Assembly: GCF_056746865.1 (NCBI RefSeq)
Contig: NZ_CM163382.1
Length of the DNA stretch: 64,000 bases
Strand: one strand, 5' to 3'
Shown: positions 27,786 through 43,853 of the stretch, in pieces
Layout: every line of letters starts with the position of its first letter
Numbering within the stretch: the stretch's first letter is position 1
The notes under the pieces: generated by a model
Databases searched by the model: none
Told to the model about the DNA's origin: nothing
What the model saw: only the letters and a program-made list of their open reading frames with translations
Position numbers and translations under genes: made by a program

Positions 27786-28289
27786 TTACGCCACTTCTGA
27801 CGCCGCGCTATCTAACAGCGCCATCTCTTCGCTGTTCAGCAGTTTTTCGATGTTCACCAGAATCAACATCCGGTCGCCCAGTGCGCCCAGTCCAGTGAGA
27901 TATTCTGTTGAAAGCGTCACGGCAAATTCCGGTGCCGGACGAATTTGCTCCGCCGTCAATGAAAGCACGTCTGAGACGCCGTCAACCACGATGCCGACCA
28001 CCCGCTGTCCGAGATTCAGGACGATAACTACCGTGTTGTCGTTATAGTCCACATCCACCTGGCTGAACTTAATTCGTAAGTCAACAATCGGCACAATAAC
28101 GCCGCGCAGATTCGTGACGCCTTTGATAAACGCTGGCGTGTTCGCAATCCGTGTTACCTGATCGTAGCCACGGATCTCCTGCACTTTCAGGATATCAATA
28201 CCGTACTCTTCATCACCAAGGGTAAATACCAGAAATTCCTGGCCTGACGGCTCGCTGGCCAGCTTTGTTACATTCGTCATACCGGTCAT
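27786..28289 (-). CDS. cheW: Chemotaxis coupling protein CheW (167 aa)
   Basis: ORF 27786..28289. Confidence 0.97.
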
Positions 28290-28309
28290 ATTGTTACCTT
28301 TTTACTCAT

Positions 28310-31201
<2,892 letters not shown>

Positions 31202-31205
<4 letters not shown>

Positions 31206-32089
31206 GCTTCCTCGGTTGTCGTCTGTTGTTGCGGATTTTTCACCGCACGCACATGCTCTTCCAGTTCAATAAACGACGGACGTTCGCTGGAATAGAGCGT
31301 TTTGCGACCAAACTCAACGGCGATAGGCGGTGCGTAACCGTTCAGATTAGAAAGCAGAGTGACTTTGACGCACTGCATCATTTTGCTGGTTTCGGCGCTT
31401 TTCTGACGTAAAACAGTCGCTAATGGGGAAATAAATCCGTAAGCCAATAAAATGCCGAGGAAAGTCCCCACCATCGCATGTGCGATAAGCGCACCCAGCT
31501 CGGCGGCAGGACGATCGGCTGAACCTAACGCGTGAACGACCCCCATTACAGCCGCAACAATACCAAACGCCGGAAGTGAGTCCCCGACCAGCGCCAGACT
31601 GTTCGCCGGGACTTCTGCCTCGCTTTCGTGCGTCTCAATCTCTTCATCCATCAGGGCTTCGATTTCGAAGGTGTTCATGTGACCGCTGATAATCAGGCGC
31701 AGATAATCGACGATAAAATCAAGCATGACGCTATCCGCGAGGATGCGTGGGTAGCTGGCGAAGATCTCGCTCTCACGGGGATTTTCAATATCACGTTCCA
31801 GCGAAAACATCCCCATCTGCCGCGATTTCGCCATCAACCGATAAAGCAGAGCCAGCAGATCCATATACATTGCTTTGGTGTATTTGGAGCGACGAAACAG
31901 CAACGGCAGCGCCTTCAGCGTGCCTTTAATCGCTTTGCCATTATTGCCGACGATAAACGACCCAATCCCTGCACCGGCAATAATCACCAGTTCAGCGGGT
32001 TGATAGAGTGCTCCAAGGCTTCCACCGGTCATCAAATAACCGCCGAAAACTGTACCGAGAACAACCAGGTAACCTAATAAGATAAGCAC
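31202..32089 (-). CDS. motA: Flagellar motor stator protein MotA (295 aa), GTG start
   Basis: ORF 31202..32089; 4-nt overlap with the motB start; plus-strand cac at 32087-32089. Confidence 0.97.
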
Positions 32090-32157
32090 GACATCATCCT
32101 TCCACTGTTGACCATGACAGGATGTTCAGTCGTCAGGCGTTAACGCGCGATTGGGGC

Positions 32158-32190
32158 AAAAAAAGCAGCGGTACGTCGTTACCGCTGCTG
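32158..32190 (-). terminator. Rho-independent terminator immediately after flhC (flhDC operon end; also expected MotR 3' end)
   Basis: Minus strand: gcagcggta-acgacg-taccgctgc followed by U7. Confidence 0.7.
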
Positions 32191-32252
32191 GAATGTTGCG
32201 CCTCACCGTATCAGTTAAACAGCCTGTACTCTCTGTTCATCCAGCAGTTGTG
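32158..32252 (-). ncRNA. motR: Candidate MotR sRNA (sigma-28-dependent, from the motA 5' UTR)
   Basis: Sigma-28 promoter at 32259-32285 inside the flhC 3' end and intrinsic terminator at 32158-32190 before motA delimit a roughly 95-nt transcript, as described for MotR. Ends not verified. Confidence 0.4.
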
Positions 32253-32793
32253 GGATAATATCGGCAGGATTCTGGGAAAGTTTACGTCTTTTTACTGCCC
32301 GGGATGGCGGTTGACATAAGCTGCAGGCAAAGCTGCCAACAGGCTGGTGAGCGTGGGTAATAAAATTGCCGCCGCAGCAGTTGCAGCTGGAAAGTTGCAG
32401 TAATCCACTTTCAACAAACCGCACCAATGTCCAGGCACGGGTTAATGCCAGCAGTGGTCCTTCTTCTGCTTGTGGGCACTGTTCAAGGTATAAACGGTAG
32501 GCTTTGATCACCGCATCGACGCCATTACACAAACCGGTTTTCAGTAAAAACTGCCATGCATTACAGAACATCGAAGCATGAACGTTTTGTTCCCAGGTCA
32601 TAAACCAGTCGGTTGAGAATGGCAGCATGCCTTTCGGCGGTGGGCTTCCGCGCAGTTCTTTATAAAGTTTTATCAGGCGTCCGCGACTTAACTGTGTTTC
32701 GCTTTCCAGCATCTGCAAACGAGCGCCCAGGGTGATCAATTCCATTGCCAGCTGAATATCCCGCGCTTCCTGAACAATGCTTTTTTCACTCAT
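32215..32793 (-). CDS. flhC: Flagellar master regulator subunit FlhC (192 aa)
   Basis: ORF 32215..32793; zinc-binding cysteine cluster (CNCCGG...CSLC). Confidence 0.97.
32259..32285 (-). promoter_or_regulatory. Sigma-28 promoter for motAB-cheAW (and MotR), located within the flhC 3' coding region
   Basis: Minus strand TAAACTTT-N11-GCCGATAT; 7/8 and 7/8 match to the sigma-28 -35/-10 consensus with 11-nt spacer. Confidence 0.7.
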
Positions 32794-32795
32794 GA

Positions 32796-33146
32796 TCAGG
32801 CCCTTTTCTTGCGCAGCGCTTCTTCAGGCTGATTAACATCATTCAGCAAGCGTGTTGAGAGCATGATGCCGGTATGAATTTGCTGGAGATCGTCAACGCG
32901 GGAATCTTGCGTCAACTGAGTAATCGTCTGGTGGCTGTCAAAACGGAAGTGACAAACCAGTTGATTGGTTTCTGCCAGCTTAACCATTTGCGGAAGAGTC
33001 AGTGCCGCTAACGTTGTCGCCATTTCTTCATTTATGCCGAGACGAAACATAGCGGACGCTTTGTCCTGAACAATCAAACGCTGTGCAAGTAGTAAATATG
33101 ACAAGTTGATGTCATAAATGTGTTTCAGCAACTCGGAGGTATGCAT
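32796..33146 (-). CDS. flhD: Flagellar master regulator subunit FlhD (116 aa; 119 aa if the upstream ATG is used)
   Basis: ORF 32796..33155 ([22 protein letters not shown]...); start placed at MHTSELL as in the structurally characterised protein. Confidence 0.93.
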
Positions 33147-33925
33147 TATTCCCACCCAGAATAACCAACTTTATTTTTATGCGGTTTCACCGCACCCCGT
33201 GATGTCGCCGGGAAGCCCCGGTAAAAAATAATTAGCATTAGAATAGTTGCGATAAGCTGCAATAAGCAGAACCACCTTTTTGGTTTAATATGTCCTTACA
33301 AATAGAAATGGGTCTTTACACTTATCTAAGATTTTTCCTAAATCGACGCAACTGTACTCGTCACTACACGCACATACAACGGAGGGGGGCTGCGATTTTC
33401 AATAATGTGTGATGCAGATCACACAAAACACTCAATTACTTAACATAAATGTATAAGTCATACTTTTGTTTTGGGTGTATTTCAATCTGTTAAAAAGTTT
33501 TTCGCTACGCTAGCAAGCAAAAATGAAACAGGAATAATCGAAATGGGATGTTGCGCACAGTCAAAATAACTCACCGTAAATAATCATCTGCTATAAATAA
33601 TCACTTTCATGCAATACCAGATAAGCTATTTTTAAACAGACACTTACCGCACAACAAACTAATTAAATACAAAGAAAGGCAACAATCAACTTAATGTTAA
33701 TGAAATGTTTTGCATATATTAACCACTTGTTTAATGCGGAGAATCAGTACACTATTTTCTTATAATTACATTTGAAATTATATGATCACCGGGAGTGATT
33801 GATTAATTGTCTTTACTAATAATCAGACTAATATTTACCTGTTTGACCGAGTTGGGATTGCGTCGTTTCTCCATTAGGAGTAAAGCTTTAATGTCACCTG
33901 AAGTTCACAGAATAAGGAACAGGTT
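33147..33925. promoter_or_regulatory. flhDC class 1 promoter / long 5' UTR and divergent uspC promoter region (about 780 bp, AT-rich, no ORF of 60 aa or more)
   Basis: Long AT-rich non-coding region between divergent flhD and uspC; known hub for CRP, OmpR, RcsAB, LrhA, H-NS and several sRNAs. No IS terminal repeats visible. Confidence 0.7.
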
Positions 33926-34354
33926 ATGAGCTATAGCAATATTCTTGTCGCTGTTGCAGTTACACCGGAAAGTCAGCAACTGCTGGCAAAAGCGGTATCT
34001 ATCGCCAGGCCAGTAAAGGGACACATCAGTTTAATTACTCTCGCTTCCGACCCGGAAATGTACAATCAATTAGCTGCGCCGATGCTTGAAGATTTACGCA
34101 GCGTGATGCAGGAAGAAACGCAAAGCTTTCTTGATAAGTTAATTCAGGATGCGGGGTATCCCGTTGACAAGACGTTTATTGCCTACGGTGAGTTAAGCGA
34201 ACATATTCTGGAAGTATGTCACAAGCATCATTTCGATTTGGTGATTTGCGGTAATCACAATCACAGTTTCTTTTCGCGAGCATCCTGCTCGGCGAAAAGA
34301 GTTATTGCCTCAAGTGAGGTCGATGTGCTGTTAGTTCCACTTACGGGAGATTAA
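33926..34354 (+). CDS. uspC: Universal stress protein C (142 aa)
   Basis: ORF 33926..34354; UspA-family fold. Confidence 0.95.
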   Translation: MSYSNILVAVAVTPESQQLLAKAVSIARPVKGHISLITLASDPEMYNQLAAPMLEDLRSVMQEETQSFLDKLIQDAGYPVDKTFIAYGELSEHILEVCHKHHFDLVICGNHNHSFFSRASCSAKRVIASSEVDVLLVPLTGD

Positions 34355-34360
34355 CCGCTC

Positions 34361-37713
<3,353 letters not shown>

Positions 37714-37727
37714 CATACTCTCCTTAC

Positions 37728-39242
37728 TCAGGCAACAGCCTGGCTGACTTTAGGCATCGCAAGGCTCAGTGCCTGACGCTCATCTGCCTGCTCGTGTAAC
37801 AATTCACCGGCGATTTCACCTTCCCGCATCACCACAATCCGGTCGGCAACGCCGAGGACTTCAGGTAAGTCGCTGGAGGCAAACAGCACCGCCACGCCCT
37901 GCGCCGCCAGCGCATAAATTACGTTATATATTTCGTGCTTAGCGCCAACATCAATGCCGCGCGTAGGTTCATCCAGCAAAATGACCTTCATCTCTTCCGA
38001 TAACCAGCGGCCCAGAATGGCTTTTTGCTGATTTCCGCCTGAGAGATTCATGATCAGTTGCTCCGCGCCCGGCGTTTTGATGTTGAGCGAACGAATGTGG
38101 TGATCGGCATTGTTTTCTTCCCAACCGTTGTTGATTACACAACCGCCGAGCACATGTTTACGTCTGGCACTGATGTTGATATTGTCGCGAACGGAGTGCA
38201 CGGGAATAATGCCTTCCGCTTTGCGATCTTCCGGGCAGAGCATCATGCCTGCGGCAATGGCGTGGCTCGGTTTACGAATATCGATCGGCTGTTGGTCGAT
38301 ATAAACCTGACCGGCGGTGATTTGCGTCCCGCCAAACATGCCTTTCATTAATTCGCTACGCCCCGCCCCTACCAGACCAAACAGCCCAACAATTTCACCA
38401 CTGCGAACCGCCAGACTTATTGGCGTACGCACGCCTGGTGCTTTCACAGCATCAAGACGTAGGCGCTCCTCGCCATAACTACGCGGTTGCCAGCCGTAGA
38501 TATCGCCAATGTCGCGCCCGACCATCGCCTGCACCAGCGCGTCGTGGTCAACCTGCTGCATATCGGTAAAGGTTTTGACATAACGTCCATCTTTAAAGAC
38601 AGTAATGGCATCGCTGAGGGCAAATATTTCTTCCATACGGTGAGAAACGTATAAGATTACCCGCCCCTCTTTTCGCAGTTCACGAATAACGCGGAAAAGA
38701 TTGTCGATTTCACGGGCAGAGAGGGAGCTGGTTGGCTCATCAAAGGCGATAATTTTGGCGTTACGCGCCAGCGCTTTGGCGATTTCAACCATCTGCCACT
38801 GACCAATGGAGAGATATTTCAGCGGCGTGTCCGGGTCAATATCCATACCAAGATGTTTAAGTTGTAAACCCGCCTCATAATTCAGCAATGAGCGATTCAC
38901 AATGCCGCCTTTATGCGGCAGCTGGCCGAGATAGATGTTTTCCGCGACGGTCATTTCCGGCACGAGATGCAGTTCCTGGTAAATAATCGCCACGCCCGCG
39001 TTAAGTGCTGCGGTCGTGTCGGAAAAGGACATTTCCTGCCCATTAATCACTACAGAACCCGTGGTTGGCGCATAGTTGCCGCTGAGGATTTTTAAGAGAG
39101 TTGATTTTCCTGCGCCATTTTCACCCATCAACGCATGAACCTGACCGGCATAGCAGTCAAAACTAATATCCGTCAGCGCCTTAACGCCGGGAAACGTTTT
39201 ACCGATGCCGCGAAATGAGAGATACGGGGTAGACTGTTGCAT
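37728..39242 (-). CDS. araG: L-arabinose ABC transporter ATP-binding protein AraG (504 aa)
   Basis: ORF 37728..39287; start set at [15 protein letters not shown]; two Walker A motifs ([16 protein letters not shown]). Confidence 0.93.
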
Positions 39243-39311
39243 AACGTCTCCGTGAATCACTGGTCGTTCACACCCCCTCTGCATCATGCAGAGGGGAATT
39301 TTTCCGGCAAA

Positions 39312-40301
39312 TTACTTACCGCCTAAACCTTTTTTCTCCAGTTCTTCTTTAAAGTTGTCACGCGTGATCAGTACCACGTCGGTAACTTCGGTAAATTTTG
39401 GCGGTTCAACGTCTTTTGCTACCCAGTTGTAAAGCATTTCGCTGGATTTATAGCCATGTACGTCCGGGCTTGGCAGCAGGGAACCGTAGAAGCCGGTTGC
39501 CTGTGCTTTAGACAGTTCGCTCACCGCATCCACACCGTTAATGCCAATGCCGATGATATCGGCCGCTTTAAAGCCCTGACCTTCCGTCGCGCGTACGCCG
39601 CCCAGCACGGTGCTGTCGTTCATACCGACGATCAGCCAATGTTTAACTTCCGGATGTTGAACCAGCATTGAGTTGGCAGCGTCAAATGCCCCCGGGATGT
39701 CGTTAGATTTGGTAGGTACCTGATAAATTTGTTTTTCCGGGAATCCGGCCGCTTTCAGCGCATCCATAGATCCCGTAGTACGGCGGCGGGCGGTATCCAG
39801 TTCGTTGGCGGTAATCGCCATCACCGCGCTTTCTTTGACATCCCAGCCACGTTTCTGCATCTCTTTATACAGTTCCTGGCCCTGACGTTCGCCAATTTTA
39901 GTCGCCGCCATCATCACCAGCGGAACGGTATCCATTGGCTTACCTTTGGCGTTAACAAACTGGTCATCCACGGCAATGACTTTCATATCGTAGCCACGCG
40001 CTTTCGCGACGATGGCAGAGCCGAGTTTGGGGTCCGGAGTACAAATAACGAAACCTTTTGCGCCACTGGCAGCCAGGCTGTCGATCGCGTTCAATGTTTT
40101 TTCGCCATCCGGCACGGCAATCTTAATAACCTCAAACCCTAAATCCTTCCCGGCTTTATCGGCAAACTTCCATTCGGTCTGGAACCACGGCTCTTCCGGT
40201 TGCTTCACCAGAAAACCGAGCTTCAGGTTCTCCGCCATAGCGGATTGTGACATAACGGCTGCCAGACCAATGGCTGCCAGGGCTTTAGTAAATTTGTGCA
40301 T
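39312..40301 (-). CDS. araF: L-arabinose-binding periplasmic protein AraF (329 aa)
   Basis: ORF 39312..40352; start set at MHKFTKALAAIGLAAVMSQSAMA (signal peptide). Confidence 0.95.
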   Translation of the reverse strand: MHKFTKALAAIGLAAVMSQSAMAENLKLGFLVKQPEEPWFQTEWKFADKAGKDLGFEVIKIAVPDGEKTLNAIDSLAASGAKGFVICTPDPKLGSAIVAKARGYDMKVIAVDDQFVNAKGKPMDTVPLVMMAATKIGERQGQELYKEMQKRGWDVKESAVMAITANELDTARRRTTGSMDALKAAGFPEKQIYQVPTKSNDIPGAFDAANSMLVQHPEVKHWLIVGMNDSTVLGGVRATEGQGFKAADIIGIGINGVDAVSELSKAQATGFYGSLLPSPDVHGYKSSEMLYNWVAKDVEPPKFTEVTDVVLITRDNFKEELEKKGLGGK

Positions 40302-41097
40302 GGTTCTCTCCAGCTTTAGTGTCGTTTTGTGTAGGGCAAAAACGAATGACATTCGTTAAATTAATCGGAAAACAAAGCATTACCTTTTAACTAAAAGATA
40401 AGTGACTGTGTTGACATAGTTTTAGCGAGAAATTAATTCTCCATAGGAGAGCAATATCACATCGCAGAATTACAGTGAGAACGTGCATAAATTTAGCGGG
40501 AAAAGACATAAGGGAAAGCCAATTTGTCAGACAAATTGTCGAATGCACAGCAGATTAATCCATAAGATTAGCCTGGAAATCCTTGTTGTCTTTGGTACCC
40601 ATGCGGGATGTCTTCTTTTTAACCAGTCAATAGGCCGCATTACCTGGCGTTGAGTTTTTGAAATGGTGTAATAACCGCAACTCAAAGATGTGGAAAATGC
40701 ACGTCATTCATTTCGTCATTAATTATCACTGTGCTCATTAATTAACAGAACACGTATAATGAGAGCCATCTCGCAAAAATGAAAAAACGTTTTATAAAAT
40801 CATCACTTCATCATGAATTCAAATTCATTGATTAATATCAACAAGATACAAAAAGCACTATCATTAAAATTCATTGCAGTTACATTGATTTCATCAATGA
40901 AATGTAAAAATATATAAACTTGATGATTTAAGCATTTTCTTATACCCGTTCAGACGTTATTCTTATTTCAGATCATCGTCAGAATTGACTCCACGATCAC
41001 ATTTCGGACCGGCAGAAAGGAATTATTCTGCAAACAGTAATTATGGTGTTTTGATTTATCTTGCACCTCTCCACTTCTGGATATAAGGATATTAGGT

Positions 41098-41601
41098 ATG
41101 GCAACCGCTGGAATGCTTCTCAAACTCAACTCTCAAATGAACCGCGAGTTTTACGCATCCAATCTCTACCTTCACCTGAGTAACTGGTGTTCTGAACAGA
41201 GTCTGAACGGCACCGCCACTTTCCTTCGCGCCCAGGCACAGAGTAATGTGACCCAAATGATGCGCATGTTTAACTTTATGAAGAGTGTCGGCGCTACCCC
41301 CATCGTTAAAGCCATTGATGTTCCCGGTGAAAAACTGAACTCTCTGGAAGAACTGTTCCAAAAAACGATGGAAGAATACGAGCAACGTTCTAGTACGTTG
41401 GCACAGTTAGCCGATGAAGCGAAAGAACTGAATGATGATTCAACCGTCAATTTCCTGCGCGATCTGGAAAAAGAACAGCAGCATGATGGTCTGTTGCTGC
41501 AAACCATTCTTGATGAAGTGCGCAGTGCGAAACTTGCGGGTATGTGCCCTGTGCAGACCGACCAACATGTTCTGAATGTCGTGTCACACCAGCTGCATTG
41601 A
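41098..41601 (+). CDS. ftnB: Ferritin-like protein FtnB (167 aa)
   Basis: ORF 41098..41601. Confidence 0.93.
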   Translation: MATAGMLLKLNSQMNREFYASNLYLHLSNWCSEQSLNGTATFLRAQAQSNVTQMMRMFNFMKSVGATPIVKAIDVPGEKLNSLEELFQKTMEEYEQRSSTLAQLADEAKELNDDSTVNFLRDLEKEQQHDGLLLQTILDEVRSAKLAGMCPVQTDQHVLNVVSHQLH

Positions 41602-41605
41602 TCAT

Positions 41606-41682
41606 CATCGGCGCTAATGCATTGCGCCGATGAAGGTTTTGAGAAACCGCTGCCTCATCTGTTTGAAGCAGCGGTTTTTTTA
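41606..41682 (+). terminator. Tandem hairpins after ftnB; the second (aaaccgctgc...gcagcggtttttttt) is a likely intrinsic terminator, bidirectional with yecJ
   Basis: catcggcgc-taatgcatt-gcgccgatg, then aaaccgctgc-N14-gcagcggttt followed by T-tract. Confidence 0.6.
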
Positions 41683-41931
41683 ATGGGATTCACCCTGTGG
41701 GGTAAACTTGAGTTCAATAAGCGCGATGGCTTTTTGGATTGCCCGCATGGTGACCGGGTCTGCGGCGGCGGGATGGTTAGTAAAGTCGATATTCTTCAGC
41801 TGACTGGACATTTTTTCACGAACTTCAACGGGCGCGATTACATCGAGAACATCCAGAATTTGTTTGATAACCAACTGGCAAGCAACCACATCAGAAACCA
41901 GTTCCTGATCGGCATTCAGCGGCTGGGACAT
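41680..41931 (-). CDS. yecJ: DUF2766 family protein YecJ (83 aa)
   Basis: ORF 41680..41931. Confidence 0.85.
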
Positions 41932-42017
41932 CGTAAACTCCTGATAGCATTTTGAAAGCCGTTATAGTAGCGGCTTCACATCTTCAGCGATAGTCACATC
42001 CACCGTCATCAGGACAC

Positions 42018-42045
42018 AAAAAAACCTGCCGGAGCAGGTTTTTTG
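42018..42045 (-). terminator. Rho-independent terminator of the azuC (AzuCR/IsrB) transcript
   Basis: Minus strand: acctgc-tccg-gcaggt followed by U7, immediately after the azuC stop. Confidence 0.75.
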
Positions 42046-42132
42046 TTATCGGAACATATTGCCTGGCGGTACGTCTTTGAACGTCTTGCAATAGTTATTG
42101 AACATACTTTTCAGTATTTTGCGCAGTTTCAT
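42046..42132 (-). CDS. azuC: Small protein AzuC (28 aa), MKLRKILKSMFNNYCKTFKDVPPGNMFR; carried on the dual-function sRNA AzuCR (IsrB)
   Basis: Not in ORF track (under 60 aa). Reverse complement of 42046-42132 translates exactly to the 28-aa AzuC sequence; terminator follows directly. Confidence 0.85.
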   Translation of the reverse strand: MKLRKILKSMFNNYCKTFKDVPPGNMFR

Positions 42133-42394
42133 CGCGGCACTCCGACCATTTGTTATACAGGTGTTATTGTCTTTGCACTTATAATATGACAACCATCACA
42201 AAAATCAATCTTTATGTGATGTGAATCACATAAATACCCCTTTAATGTTATAAAAATGATAATCAAAAAGCAGCTACCCCATTTCTGACACCTACAGATG
42301 GCAAGAAATAGCGCCTGCCAGGCGTCTTTTCCGGCCATTGTCGCAGCGCTGTAACGCGTAAAATAGTGCTTTCTTTTACTCTTCTGGCTGGACC

Positions 42395-42718
42395 ATGAGA
42401 CTTCTGATTCTGACTCTTTCATTAATAACGCTGGCGGGGTGTACGGTTACTCGCCAGGCCCATGTGAGCGAAGTTGACGCGGCAACAGGTATTGTACGGT
42501 TGGTTTATGACCAGGCTTTTTTGCAGCATGCCCGTACCGATCGTTATGTCAGTCGCGGGATCGCCGATCGCGCATGCCAGCAGGAAGGCTATACCCACGC
42601 TATCCCCTTTGGTCAGCCAGTAGGCAACTGTAGCCTTTTTGCGGGTTCCTTATGTTTAAATACGGAATTCACTTTGTCATATCAGTGCCATCATTCCGCC
42701 TTCCCTGTCTTTCTCTAA
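42395..42718 (+). CDS. yecR: Lipoprotein YecR (107 aa), flagellar-regulon member
   Basis: ORF 42395..42718; lipobox LAGC in the signal peptide. Confidence 0.9.
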   Translation: MRLLILTLSLITLAGCTVTRQAHVSEVDAATGIVRLVYDQAFLQHARTDRYVSRGIADRACQQEGYTHAIPFGQPVGNCSLFAGSLCLNTEFTLSYQCHHSAFPVFL

Positions 42719-42889
42719 ATGTTTTAATCAGCGAGGGGGATCTTCGCTGATTAAATAAATAGCGGTAATGCGTTTTATTCCCATTCGTATTTTTAATAAA
42801 TGAAGTTTATATTTTACCTTTTGCAAATAATAAAATAACAAATTATAGTGACGCCACAGCAACAAATATAACCTTTGTGGAGCACTATC

Positions 42890-43387
42890 ATGCTGAAACC
42901 AGAAATGATTGAAAAACTTAATGAGCAGATGAACCTGGAACTGTACTCTTCACTGCTTTATCAGCAAATGAGCGCCTGGTGCAGCTATCATACCTTCGAA
43001 GGTGCTGCCGCGTTCCTGCGCCGCCACGCCCAGGAAGAGATGACACATATGCAGCGTCTGTTTGATTACCTGACTGATACCGGAAACTTACCACGTATTA
43101 ATACCGTTGAATCTCCGTTTGCTGAATATTCTTCACTTGATGAATTATTCCAGGAAACCTATAAACACGAACAATTAATCACGCAGAAAATTAACGAACT
43201 GGCTCATGCTGCAATGACCAATCAGGACTACCCAACATTTAATTTCCTGCAATGGTATGTTTCTGAGCAGCATGAAGAAGAGAAACTGTTCAAATCGATT
43301 ATTGATAAATTAAGCCTGGCAGGCAAAAGCGGCGAAGGTCTGTATTTTATCGACAAAGAACTCTCTACCCTCGACACACAAAACTAA
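42890..43387 (+). CDS. ftnA: Ferritin FtnA (165 aa)
   Basis: ORF 42875..43387; ATG 42890 preceded by GGAG; [19 protein letters not shown]... Confidence 0.95.
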
Positions 43388-43424
43388 TGCTCTCAGGCGG
43401 CAGGTTTTCTGCCGCCGTTTCAAA

Positions 43425-43664
43425 TCAGTGACGGCAAATCTTACTCTGATCGGTCGAAAAACCTTCTTCTGAAGGTATAAATTTGCCTTTTGCTGCCAGA
43501 AACGCCACCAGCTCTCCCGCAGTCATCCCTTCTGCCGAGCAGGTGTGAAAACGTGCCTGTTCACCAAAACGCGCTTTAATTGCTGCTTCCAGACTGGCAT
43601 GCGTATATTGCTCGCCTGATTCAATCATCATATTTAACACTTCATGACCGTGAATAGAGTCCAT
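43425..43664 (-). CDS. yecH: DUF2492 family protein YecH (79 aa)
   Basis: ORF 43425..43664. Confidence 0.85.
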   Translation of the reverse strand: MDSIHGHEVLNMMIESGEQYTHASLEAAIKARFGEQARFHTCSAEGMTAGELVAFLAAKGKFIPSEEGFSTDQSKICRH

Positions 43665-43853
43665 CGTTCCTCCTCAAAAAAAGCCTAGCGTAGCGATTGC
43701 CGCTTATGAAGACTTTGCGCCAGCGCAGAACTAAACGCTTTTATTGTACATTTATATTTACACTATATGTAACGTCGGTTTGACGAAGCAGCCGTTATGC
43801 CTTAACCTGCGCCGCAGATATCACTCATAAAGATCGTCAGGACAGAAGAAAGC

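Noticed and set aside
33156-33925. Possible IS1/IS5 insertion upstream of flhD, as in some K-12 stocks
   Set aside because: No IS terminal inverted repeats, transposase reading frame or direct-repeat target duplication are visible; the region reads as native AT-rich regulatory DNA.
42240-42394. Sigma-28 promoter upstream of yecR
   Set aside because: yecR is reported to be FliA-dependent, but I could not find a convincing TAAAGTTT-N11-GCCGATAA match by eye in this interval.
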